A program made the translations under genes and the position numbers. Below are positions 11,729 through 23,800 of a stretch of 64,000 nucleotides of DNA, in pieces; position 1 is the first letter of the stretch; each line of letters starts with the position of its first letter. The notes beneath the pieces are model-generated. The model was not told the DNA's origin. It saw only the letters and a list, made by a program, of their open reading frames with translations, and ran no database searches. Source of the DNA: Mytilus californianus (lineage: Eukaryota); NCBI RefSeq assembly GCF_021869535.1, contig NW_026262581.1, positions 11,222,001 to 11,286,000 of the forward strand. The letters run 5' to 3'.

Positions 11729-12740
11729 AAAAGGGCTTGGTTTCTCTCCATTTTTAAATTAAAAAAAAATAAATAATACACAGATATTTTATTTAAAAGT
11801 AGAAACTTTTGATTATAATATTATTTTTTTAATAACTATAAAAAAAAATTATTATTGTAAACAGTTAAATATTCCATATTTTCTTTAAAAGGGGAGGCGC
11901 CAACCCTCACATTGTTCATTGCTTTGACGTGGCGTGAGGGCTCCACTTTGGTGGTCTAAAATGAACACGTTGAGGGATTGTATGCAATCATTCTTTTATT
12001 CTTCCCATTGTGTTTTCCTTGGTCGCCATGTTGGATGTACACACTAATATTTAATGCGATCTTTATGAACTTACCTGCTTTCTATAAATCATTTTTAAGT
12101 TATAAAATACACTTATAATACAATATTATTTAATTATCAATGTTTAAATGTCACCAATATTGTGCTAATATTAAAATTTCAAGTGTTATTCGGTGATTAC
12201 AAGTGTTATTTGGCTAATAACGGTGTTATTTGGTGATTCGTGTTACCCATAGTTCCCCATAATGAGTAAATTATCATAATGTATTCTTCAAATGAGGGGT
12301 ACTTTTCTAGTCATAGTGTTAAACAACTCATATTTTTTTATTCCCATGTTATACATGTTATACTTGAAATGGCACAAATTAATATGAAAACACAGCAAAT
12401 TTTTGGACAAAAGATTAACAGTCCTAAACTGAATGACCAAGAAGCTGTATTAGCCTATGAAAACCTTGAAAAATTTGCTATTTTCAAGGCTAGTAACTTT
12501 TTTAAACCTGGAAAATGAACATATATGGTTCACTGAGAAAAAATATTTCATTTTCTATCATGTCTATAAACATGATAAAAAAAGTTGTTTATATATTTTT
12601 CAAATAACTCATTTTATATATAGTAAAAACCCTACACAAAAAGCAGTTCTAAGCATCTAACTATCGTTCAGACATTGCCAGTTTAGGTTTAAAAAAATGT
12701 ATTGATTGTCGCCTGACTGTCCCTATACCTTTTTCTGCAG

Positions 12741-12777
12741 TGATCTACATGGAGTTCATATCAATTTTTCCATTGAG
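12741..12777 (+). CDS. Candidate upstream mini-exon of the TOMM6-like gene
   Basis: Acceptor TTTTTCTGCAG and donor AG|GTAATT. Open frame (x)IYMEFISIFPLR; its phase-2 end matches the 13545 exon. Confidence 0.35.
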
Positions 12778-13544
12778 GTAATTCATGTTGGAGTTATTTC
12801 CCTTGTTTAAGGCCAAACTGTTTGATACTGTTAAAGACAAAGACCTACGCATGCAGAATTTTACAATAAACAGTTTCACTATAAATCATTTAATCAGCTC
12901 TTTAATTTACACCAGTGGAGTGATGATAATTATACATGTATGTCTACATTTCAGAAAGTAAAAACTAGGTTCTCCTTGATCAAAGTACATGTATATTTAT
13001 TCCAATTTTGAAATATAATCTGATCATTAAATATCCTTTCCTTGAAAGCTAATCAACTGACTAAGTACTTCAAACTATCAAATTCATAAAGGTCTTTGTA
13101 CTCTTTTCACCATGTACGTATATATATGTACAAAAACAGAGACTTTTCTCCTTCACTATTTTTATACCAGACAAAATTCACAGTAGTTTATACAAAAGTG
13201 TTCATATTATTATAACATCTTAATTAATAATAGTTTAACTGCTATATATGATTTCTTAATGTGAAACTACCAAATTGATTTAAGGGCAATGTATTGTATG
13301 CAGTTAAGTCTAACGTAATGGGGAGAAAAAACAACAAAAACATTTAAATGATCAAACCAAAAACTTGCCCTAAATTAAGGGATGAAAGCCAAATAAAAAG
13401 TAGGTAATACCAAAACACAAACTTAACAGCGCCAGCTAGACATGGAAGCCATTTGCTCTTGAAAATTTGTCTGGAGCTTTGCAAAAATATTGTTAGGACT
13501 TGAAATTATTTAAATTTGTTTGAATGTTTTGAAATGTCTTTTAG

Positions 13545-13662
13545 GACTTTGGGTAAAAGTTGGGGTGTATTCCTAGTAGCTATTTTTGTTGCCAGAGAGA
13601 TGGCAAAGGCTGAAGCAGAACAAGCTATCGAGGCAGCAGCCCAGAAAGTCATTCCGTCTTAA
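13545..13662 (+). CDS. TOMM6: Probable mitochondrial import receptor subunit TOM6-like, last coding exon
   Basis: Acceptor TTTTAG at 13544. (R)TLGKSWGVFLVAIFVAREMAKAEAEQAIEAAAQKVIPS* aligns with human (R)NLILNLGLFAAGVWLARNL. Donor AAG|GTAAG 11 nt after the stop; next acceptor at 14482. Human TOMM6 lies close to MED20. Confidence 0.55.
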
Positions 13663-15289
13663 ATGTTTTAAAGGTAAGACACTCTCTCATTAAAAGTTTG
13701 AAAATCTTTATTTGGTAGGCAGAAAACATAAATACAAGTGACAGAAAATGATCAACTGTCTAAAAATTAATAAAAGGAAGTCAATCCATTGTATTGAATA
13801 CCATCACTATTACAATGTATTGCTCTCATCATACGAAACAAATTGAGCTATAGAAAAATGTTTGTCACCAAGGTACATGTAAATTTTATTTGAAAAGAAT
13901 AGACTGTCATGTGACAATGTTAACATATGACATTCCCTTTCATATCAGTTAAAGTTTGAGTTTATAGTATTTATATTTTTATTGATGTTACAATTTGTAT
14001 TTATATCAATTGTTACAATGAGTTTATGCATGTTATTGCATTGAAATATATTGGACATCCAGGAAAGGCACTTTGAAATCACTTTTATTGCTTGGTGTAT
14101 TGTCATTCTTGATATGTCATTTATGCATAAAAAAAATCCTAAATTGATTCAATGATAGCTGTATGTAGTTTTTAAAAGGTCCTTCCTATTGATATTGTTG
14201 ATGTCATTTGATCTGTACTTTAAGTCCCTAGCCCGTTGCCCGAGAGTAGTGAAAATGAGGAAACTATTTATTTAGGCTAACAGAAGAAAGATATTAAAAT
14301 TGACTTTTCGGTCTAGTTTGTAAAATTTATTTGGTACAGAATGATCATTTGACATACTTTACATTTTTTTTAACAGTTAAAGATTATAAAAGTATTTTCC
14401 ATTTTTGTGCTTCTTTTGCATATATGAACCTCCAGTACTGACCAATGAATATTTCATGATTTTGTTATCTTTGTTTTTGCAGAATGTGAATCATAGAGTA
14501 AAACCAGACCAATGACACCATAGAACTTAGCTACCTGTGATATGTAGAATGGAAAGAGTTGAAAGGATTATTAAAATATTAAAAGAATCATTATTTTTAT
14601 GACTGTTGCCTTATTTACAATGACAATTTTTATACACTTTCAGATTTATTACTGGGTTCTGAGAGATTGAGTTTTGTCTGCCCTGTTCAAATTTTTCTCA
14701 ATGCATCATGGGTCTATCAGAATTTTAAGATGTGTAAATTGTTGATTGCTTAAATAGGGAGTACCTTTGACTTACATGAAAATTAGTAAGATCTAAACAT
14801 AATCAGGTGTCTTATGATTGTCAATGTGACAACCTGACAACTATTCAGATAGACCAAAGGATAAAGATGTGAACAATTACTGGTCACTGTACTGCATTCA
14901 ACAATGAGCAAAACCCATCCCATAAAGTAAGGTTCATTATACAAGCATTCTGAGGGTATTGCATATGCAGTACAATGTCACTTATCAGCTGTAATGTTAA
15001 CATTGGAAGTGTTTACACTTATATAAGACAAGCATTAAGTTACTGATGTGTTTGGGAATTTCGATCTTATGTATATTTTTTTAAGATTCAGATATAGGCA
15101 GAAACCCTGAGGCACCAAGGTGTTTTCACCTTTGACTGATATTTTTAAAAGCAAAAAGTTTGAAATATTAATCAGAAGTTTACAAAAATAAGACAATATT
15201 CAGGATGCTGAAAAATTAAGTTTAAACATCATAATTTCAGCAAAAACACAAACAAAGGAGTGAAGAGAATCTTCTAAATTCCAAACACA

Positions 15290-16997
15290 ATGAATCCAGT
15301 TTTGTCAGACAACACTGTGTTTACAGGGTATTCATCATTTAATGTTCATACATCTGTTTTCATGAAATCTAAAAGTAAATCCAGGTGTTTCTGTCAACAC
15401 TGCTTACAGCAAAGGCAGAGTAAATCTATGTGTGTCCGACAACTCTGTCTCGAGGTAAGCAGAGTGAATTTATATGTGTCTGACAACACTGTCTACAGGG
15501 AAAGCAGAGTGAATTAAGGTGTGTCTGACAGCACTGTTTACAGGGAAAGCTAAGTCAATTTAGGTGTGTCCGACAACACTGTCTACAGAGTAAGCAGAGT
15601 GAATCTAGGTGTGTCTGACAACATTGTCTACAGAGTAGGCAGAGTGGATCCAGGTGTTCTGTCAACACTGTTTACAGGGTAGGCAGAGTAAATATATGTG
15701 TGTCCGACAACACTGTCTACAGTTAAGCAGAGTGAATCAATATGTGTCCGACAACACTGTCTACATGGAAAGCAAAGTGAATTTAGGTCTGTCCGACAAC
15801 ACTATCTACAGACAGGCCTAGAATTAAAGACTGCCTGACAATTTTTTTTATAGGTTAAACAGAGTGAATCATGATACATCTGACAATACTGTATACAGGG
15901 TAAGCTGAGTGAATATATAGGCGTGTCTGACAATACTGTCTACAGGCCTATGGTAAGCATAGGTAATTAAGGTGTGTATGGCAACACTGTCGTGTAAACA
16001 ATGAATCCAGGTTTATCTGACAACATTGTCTACAGGCCTAGGGTATACCTGGTAAGCAGAGTGAATTAAGGTGTGTTTGACAACACTCTCTACATAGCAA
16101 GCAGAGTGAATCTATGTGTGTCCGACAACACTGTCTACAGGGTACAGAGTGAATCAATGTTTATCTGACAACACGGTCTACAGGGTAAGCTGAGTGAATA
16201 TAGGTGTATCCAACAACTGTCTACAGGGTTGGGAGAGTGAATCCAGGTGGGTCGACAACAATGTCTACAAGATGAGCAGATTTAATCATGGTATGTCGGA
16301 CAACACTGTCTAAAGATAAAAGACGAGTGATACATGGTTTGTCCGACAATACTGTCTACAGGGTAAACACCGAATCAAGGTTTTTCTGACATCACAGTAT
16401 ACAGGGTAAGCTGAGTGAATATAGGTGTGTACGACCACACGATTTACAGGCCTAGGGTAATACTAGTGAATTTAAGTGTGTATGGCAACACTGTCTACAT
16501 GAAAAGCTGAGTGAATTAAAGACTACCTGACAATTTTTTTACAGGCTAAACAGAGTGAATCATGATACATCTGATAATGCTGTATACAGGGTAAGCTGAG
16601 TGAATATAAAGGCGTGTCTGACAATACTGTATACAGGCCTATGGTAAGCATAGGTAATTAAGGTGTGTATGGCAACACTGTCGTGTAAACAATGAATCCT
16701 GGTTTATCTGACAACATTGTCTACAGGCCTAGGGTATACCTGGTAAGCAGAGTGAATTAAGGTGTGTTTGACAACACTCTCTACATAGCAAGCAGAGTGA
16801 ATCTATGTGTGTCCGACAACACTGTCTACAGGGTACAGAGTGAATCAATGTTTATCTGACAACACGGTCTACAGGGTAAGCTGAGTGAATATAGGTGTAT
16901 CCAACAACTGTCTACAGGGTAGGGAGAGTGAATCTAGGTCGGTCCGACAACAATGTCTACAAGATGAACAGATTTAATCATGGTATGTCCGACAACA
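15290..16997. repeat. 45 bp satellite array, left part
   Basis: Degenerate tandem unit GTGTCCGACAACACTGTCTACAGGGTAAGCAGAGTGAATCTAGGT. Higher-order duplication with a 692 bp period (15821 vs 16513). Confidence 0.93.
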
Positions 16998-17592
16998 TGT
17001 AACGAAGTCAGTAAGTGGATAAATAATTTTTATTATGTAATTACAAAGTTAAGACTGTTTCTAAAGTTCAAATGTTAGATTGTTCACAAACTGTCTCTAA
17101 AGTTGAATTGTTCGAATGTTCATATCGTCACACGGACACGTGATCATATAGTGGTATAACTGTTCGGTCCAGACTGAGTAATTCGGATGGTTAGTGAATT
17201 AATTCCAGCCTACCCACAAGGGGGGAGACCTTGGCGGAATCTCCTGTCGGATTCTCTCTGTACGAATCTATCCTTCGAGTCCAAAGCTGGATCTTATATA
17301 GTTCAGAGGGGTCATCCATCGTTACACAATGGCCCATAGCTGTAGGCCAGTTACGTAGTAGTCTGGTTGTGGAGTAATACTAGTCTGTGGTTAATTGTCA
17401 AACTATGCAATTAACCCCTGACGGATACATGTTATTTCACAGTAGACATGGTCATTTATTGGCTGCAGGGTATATGTCTATAATATTCGTACAGATTGTT
17501 ATTAAGTGTCTAAAGGTTACATGTAATCGTTTCGGATTTGCTGTATTTAGTTACTTCCGGATGATTAACGTATGGAACACAATTGTGTTACA
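16998..17592 (-). repeat. 3' LTR
   Basis: TG...CA termini; I found only 3 substitutions relative to 20231-20825. Confidence 0.95.
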
Positions 17593-17610
17593 TAATGCCT
17601 TCCATCCAAA
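17593..17610 (-). other. Putative polypurine tract
   Basis: Minus strand reads GGATGGAAGGCATTA immediately before the 3' LTR. Confidence 0.5.
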
Positions 17611-17699
17611 ATAGAACGAAAGTTCAATAAAATACGGTATTTTTCTTCCTGTAGGTTATTCTAATAGTTTAATTATTGTAAGGTTTCCCTTAACCATCA

Positions 17700-18840
17700 C
17701 CACATATCTATAGTTCATAAAATGCGGCAAGTCCAACATCTGGACACATAGAGTTCATATGATTCATAAATTCAATATTTGGATATATATTGTGCATACT
17801 TTTTCCCGTCACCATTATAGCATATTGTTCATCAACTGCTGGAAAGGGCCCACTTTTGTACATGTGTCTGTCATCATCATCTCCATTACGAAGTAGTTGA
17901 CGCATCTAGCTGGTTAGTTCATCCTTCTTAAGAGGCTGTTAACATCGGCCTTCGGTTAAGTTTCGTCCTTGATCAATGGCGCAGAGGAAGACATCTCTCT
18001 GGAATCAGTAACATCTGTCCCAACCAATCACGTAGACACCATTTTGTACCCATTGTTCGTGGCATTAGAACAAAAACTCACACCTTTCTTTTTGGCCAAC
18101 CAAGATACATTCTGAACAAATTAACAGTACAAAAATATGGCTATTCCAATGAAGATCGCACCTAAACCCCACTGATAAACTTATCTCAATTTGGAAAAAC
18201 TTAAACTTGTTAACTTCCTCTTATTTCTTTTTTATTTATCAATCAGATTATTGATAGTTTGTTCACTCGCCTTTAGGTCGCTGGGTTATTCAAGCCTAGC
18301 AACATTTTGTAAAACAATTCCTATATATAAATCAATACGTTCTTTTTTTATATCGAATTATCTGTTTAAAACAAACAAAAAATAAAAGGGGGAAACTGTT
18401 GTATTCAACTTCTACAAGTTTGAGAATCCTACATTATAAAAAAAAATATGTGTATTTACACAAGACGTGAGAAAATCATTATAAATTTACAATCAAATAA
18501 GTTCAATTCGATCATTTTATATAACCCTACACCTACATGATACCTATAAAAATAAATACTAAAATTTTTATGTGTTACTTCGTTACCAATTGTAATACTT
18601 TTACTTCTTTAACCTTAGTGTCTCATTATTTAATCTTACGCTAAAAATACACCACAGATTTATTCTCATTACTCTTAAAAAAAATCATTCATGTAAGATT
18701 CCATTGATAAAATTTTAACTACGTCTAGCACAAACTAAGTTACTGACTCTATATTTCATATTTGACTACAACACCTTGTTGCGAAAAAAAAAATGTCTTT
18801 CTCCTTAATCTATTACATTTTTCCAAAATTAGTATATAGT
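17700..18840 (-). pseudogene. Decayed envelope-like ORF with a transmembrane segment
   Basis: Stop-interrupted frames read ...HVGVGLYKMIELNLFDCKFI...KLNTTVS...SKLR*VYQWGLGAIFIGIAIFLYC*FV, with Cys motifs, an N-x-T sequon and a hydrophobic anchor near the 3' LTR. Confidence 0.4.
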
Positions 18841-19899
18841 TTCCTCATCAAAATATTTCCTTTCTTTTTTTATATATATATTTTTTTTTTAATTTGCTTT
18901 TTAAACTTCAGCAACTAACTGCCTTTTCTTTGTTATACATTTCAATATTGTTGAGATTTTATTCATTCTTTTTTTTTTAAACTTGACTTATTTCTTAAAA
19001 ACCAAAACAATTTAAAGTTTTTTCTATGCTTATTTATGAACAAAACCCATTGCTTAGACTCATTATTTGTTTTACTACTAAATTGATTATTTTCTTATTC
19101 TTATTTTAATTTTTGATAATTATCCTCATAATTTAAAAAAAAAAAAATCTATTTTATTTTAATGCTAGTTTTCCTTTAATATCAATTATCTATTTCACTT
19201 AAATGTTGTCATTAGTCATGAAGTTCATATGTCTCTCATTTTTTACAAATATCGATCTACCACAAAAATACTGTAAATCCCTTAGGGCAAAACATATCAA
19301 CATTTATCTTTAATGTGCTATTTTCTGAAGATACTTCTCTTTATCTATTAACATTTATTTTATGTAAATAAGGCGTAATCTAACACCATAAAACAACTTG
19401 CACCATTTAATTACTTAACATCACTTATGTTAATCATCCGAAGAAGGGGTTGGAATCTAAAATTATAGACTATTTGTTTTTCTCTAAACAAACGTGCATA
19501 CACACTACCCAACTGCGTAAACCATAATCGTCAATGGCTAAAATATCGCAAACATATGAACCCACAATGTACCCTTAACTTCATCTACCAAAGGTTCTAA
19601 ATCAGCCTTCATATATACCGGTGCTCTGCTAATTTTACGTAAGATATATATTTTCTAGAATAATTAAATGTATCTTCAAGAAAACAACCCATATTATATA
19701 TGATCAAAAACCATAAATACGAAAAAATGCTATAGTATCAGACATTTTACTTTTTTACATATTTACTCTAAACGAAAAACTAGCTTCTTCAAACTAAAAA
19801 AAAAGTTTTATTTTTAAGAATCATACTTATTATATATAAAGTATCCTATCTATTAAATAACTGCATATAAAAATAACTAAAAAATTATCTTCAATTGTT

Positions 19900-20124
19900 T
19901 TAAGAATATGTGTATTCATAATTCTTAAATTGACGAACAATTTCTAAAAATACTAATAAAAATTTCGTGCGAACCACAGCTCTTGAACAAACTTCTGATT
20001 TTAAGCCTTTTAAATATACGGCCTCACTCCCTTTAAAATTAAAAACTGTACTTAACATGTGTGCCATCCCTTGAAAAGCCATTTCTACTTTTTGCACTGA
20101 CATAGAAATATCTTGATCGTCCAT
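19900..20124 (-). pseudogene. First ORF after the PBS, probable gag N-terminal remnant
   Basis: MDDQDISMSVQKVEMAFQGMAHMLSTVFNFKGSEAVYLKGLKSEV starts about 70 bp after the PBS. The call is positional. Confidence 0.45.
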
Positions 20125-20196
20125 AAAGAAAAAAAATGAAAGTAACTTAGTTCTTACGTTTTATATTCCTTTGCGTTGTTTAAGCGTGATTCCAAG

Positions 20197-20219
20197 TCGA
20201 TCCTGCTGTCTCGGCACCA
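20197..20219 (-). other. Primer-binding site (tRNA-Phe/His-like)
   Basis: Minus strand TGGTGCCGAGACAGCAGGATCGA, 11 nt from the 5' LTR. Confidence 0.75.
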
Positions 20220-20230
20220 AATTTACGACT

Positions 20231-20825
20231 TGTAACGAAGTCAGTAAGTGGATAAATAATTTTTATTATGTAATTACAAAGTTAAGACTGTTTCTAAAGT
20301 TCAAATGTTAGATTGTTCACAAACTGTCTCTAAAGTTGAATTGTTCGAATGTTCATATCGTCACACAGACACGTGATCATATAGTGGTATAACTGTTCGG
20401 TCCAGACTGAGTAATTCGGATGGTTAGTGAATTAATTCCAGCCTACCCACAAGGGGGGAGACCTTGGCGGAATCTCCTGTCGGATTCTCTCTGTACGAAT
20501 CTATCCTTCGAGTCCAAAGCTGGATCTTATATAGTTCAGAGGGGTCATCCATCGTTACACAATGGCCCATAGCTGTAGGCCGGTTACGTAGTAGTCTGGT
20601 TGTGGAGTAATACTAGTCTGTGGTTAATTGTCAAACTATGCAATTAACCCCTGACGGATACATGTTATTTCACAGTAGACATGGTCATTTATTGGCTGCA
20701 GGGTATATGTCTATAATATTCGTACAGATTGTTATTAAGTGTCTAAAGGTTACATGCAATCGTTTCGGATTTGCTGTATTTAGTTACTTCCGGATGATTA
20801 ACGTATGGAACACAATTGTGTTACA
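20231..20825 (-). repeat. 5' LTR
   Basis: TG...CA termini; contains a TATA-like CTATATAAG on the minus strand. Confidence 0.95.
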
Positions 20826-23800
20826 AACACTGTCTAAAGACAAAAGACGAGTGAAACATGGTTTGTCCGACAACACTGTCTACAGAGTAAACAGAGTGAA
20901 TCAAGGTTTTTCTGACAACACGGTATGCATGTCAAGCTGAGTTAATATAGGTGTGGCCGACAAAACTGTCTACAGAGTAAGCAGAGTTAAATCAGAGTGT
21001 GTCTGTCTACACTGTATACAGAGTAAGCGTCCTTTCTGATATCGTGCATCTGTTGCCTTGAACTAAATTATTGAATTCAGATGTGTCATGCCACACTGTC
21101 TACAAGGTTAGCATCTTTTGATTTTCATACATCAAATGTCATGACCTACAAACAAATGGAATCCAGGTGTGTCTGACAAAATTGTCTTAACTGTATGCAG
21201 AATGAATCTAGATGTGTCCGACAACACTGTCTACAGGGTAGGCAGAGTGGATTCAGGTGTTTCTGTCAACATTTTTTACAGGGTAGGCAGATGTTTATAT
21301 AAGTATGTCCTACAACACTGTCTTCGGGTAAGCAGAGTGAATTTAGATGTGTCCGACAACACAGTCTAAAGGGGAAGCAGAGTAAATTAAGATGTGTCCG
21401 ACAACACTGTTTAAAGGGAAAGCAGAGTGAACTCAGGTGTGTCCGACAACAATATCTACAGGCCTAAATAAAGCATAGTGAATTTAGGTGTTTCCGACAT
21501 CCCCGTCTTACGAGACTTCATTCTGAATTTAGGTGTGTCTTAAAACACTGTATACGGAGTAAGCAGAGTGAATCTAGGTTTGTACAGTCTACAGGGGGAA
21601 GAGCTGAATAAATATAGAAATGTCCTACAACACTATCTACAGGCCTCGGTTAATTATAGCGAATTTAAATGTGTCCGACAACACCGTCTACAGGGTCAAC
21701 AGAGTGAATCAAGGTTTATCCGACAACACTGTCTATAGAGTAAGCTGAGTGAATATAGGTGTGCCTGACAACACTTTCTTCAGGCCTAAAGTTAGCATAA
21801 AATTTTAGGTGTGTCTGACAGCACTGCATTCAGGGAAAGTAGAGTAAATTAGATGTGTCCGACAAAACTGTCTACAGAGTAGGCAGAGTGAATTAAGGTG
21901 TGTCCGACATTGTTTACAGGATAAGCAAGGTATATTTAGGTGAGTTCAACTACACTGTCTACATGATAAGCAGAGAGAATTTAAGTGTGTCCGACAACGC
22001 TGTCTTCAGTGTAAGCATAGTTAATCTAGGTGTGTCGGACAACACTGTCTACATGGTTAACAGCGTGAATCACGGTTTGTCTGACAACACAGTTTATAGG
22101 GGAAGCTAAGTAAATATAAAATTGTCCGACGACACTATCTACAGGCCTCAGGTAAGTATAAAATTTAGAAAAGTCAGACAACACTGCCTACAGGGAAAGC
22201 AGAGTGAATTTAGGTGTGTCCGACAACACCATATACAGGGTTTAAAAGAGTGAAACAAGGTTGATCTGAAAACACTGTCTATAGAGTAAGCTGAGTGAAA
22301 TAAGGTGTGCCTGACAACAACCTTCAGGCCTAGAGTTAGCATAAACAAATTTAGATGTGTCTGACAACACTGTATTCAGTGAAAGCCGAGTGAATTTAGG
22401 TGTGTCCAACAAAACTGTCTTCAGAGTAAGCAGAGTGAATTTAGGTGTTTCCGACAACACTCTACAGTATAAGCAAAAATGAATCTAGGTGCGTCTGACA
22501 ACACGGTCTACAGAATAAGCAGCGTGAATCTTGGTGTGTCGGACAATACTGTCTACAGGGTAGACAAAGTAGACAAAGTGGATTCAGGTGTTTCTGTCAA
22601 CATTTTTCACATGGTAGGCAGAGTTAATATATCTGTGTCCTACAATGTCTTCGGGTAAGCAGAGGGAATTTAGATGTGTCCGACATCGATGTCTAATGGG
22701 AAAGCAGAGTGAATCAAGGTGCGTCCGACAACACTATCTACAGGCCCAAAAATAGCATAGTGAATTTAGGTGTTTCCGACATCCCTGTCTACCGAGATTT
22801 TATAATGAATTTAGGTGTGTCCTTCAACACTGTATACAGAGTAAATCTAGGTGTTTCCCACAACACTGTCTCAAGGGTGAGCAGAGTAAATCTAGGTGTG
22901 TCCGACAACAATGTTTACAGGGTAAGCAGTTTAAATCTTGGTGTGTCCGACAACACTTTCTACAGGGTAGGCAGAGTGGATTCAGGTGTTTCTGTCAACA
23001 TTTTTTACTACAGGGTAGGCAGGTGTTTATATAAGTGTGTCCTACAACACAGTCTCCGGGTAAGCAGAATGAATTTAGATGTGTCCGACAACACTGTCTA
23101 AAGGGAAAGCAGAGTGAACTCAGGTGTGTCCGACAACACTATGTACAGGCCTAAAGAAAACATAGTGAATTTAGGTGTTTCCGACATCCCTGTCTTACGA
23201 GACTTCATTCTGAATTTAGGTGTGTCTTAAAACACTGTATACGGAGTAAGCAGAGTGAATCTAGTTTTGTACAGTCTACAGGGGAAAAAGCTGAATAAAT
23301 AAAGAAATGTTCTACAACACTATCTACAGGCCTCGGTTAATTATAGCGAATTTAAATGTGTCCGACAACACCGTCTACAGGGTCAACAGAGTGAATCAAG
23401 GTTTATCGGACAACAGTGTCTATAGGGTAAGCTGAGTAAATATAGGTGTGCCTGACAACACTATCTTCAGGCCTACAGTTAATTAGAACAAAAAATGTTA
23501 GGTGTGTCTGACAGCACTGCATTCAGGGAAAGTAGAGTAAATTAGATGTGTCCGACAAAACTGTCTACAGAGTAATAGAGTGAATTTGGGTGTGTCCGAC
23601 AATATTGTTTACAGGGTAAGCAAGGTCTATTTAGCTGAACAAATAAAGAAATGTCCTACAACACTATCTACAGGCATCGGTTAATTAAAGCGAATTTAAA
23701 TGTGTCCGACAACACCGTCTACAGGGTCAACAGAGTGAATCAAGGCTTATCTGACAACAGTGTCTATAGGGTAAGCTGAGTAAATATAGGTGTGCCTGAC

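Larger units (their letters stand above)
9383..12248. mobile_element. Mutator-like (MULE) non-autonomous transposon, 2866 bp
   Basis: 9 bp TSD ATAGTTCCC at 9374-9382 and 12249-12257. TIRs of about 270 bp (9383-~9650 and ~11981-12248). Confidence 0.88.
16998..20825 (-). mobile_element. LTR retrotransposon (Gypsy-like), non-autonomous, 3828 bp
   Basis: Two 595 bp TGTAAC...GTTACA LTRs, 4 bp TSD AACA (16994-16997 and 20826-20829), minus-strand PBS and PPT. Confidence 0.93.

Noticed and set aside
3563-12700. AMDHD1 head-to-head with HAL, as in human
   Set aside because: No imidazolonepropionase motifs (for example DAHTHPV, KSGYGL, GSDFNP) were recognised in any frame I read.
17387-17614. ORFs MVNCQTMQLTPDG... 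(also 20620-20940) as a duplicated gene
   Set aside because: Both lie in the LTRs on the antisense strand and run out into unrelated flanks.
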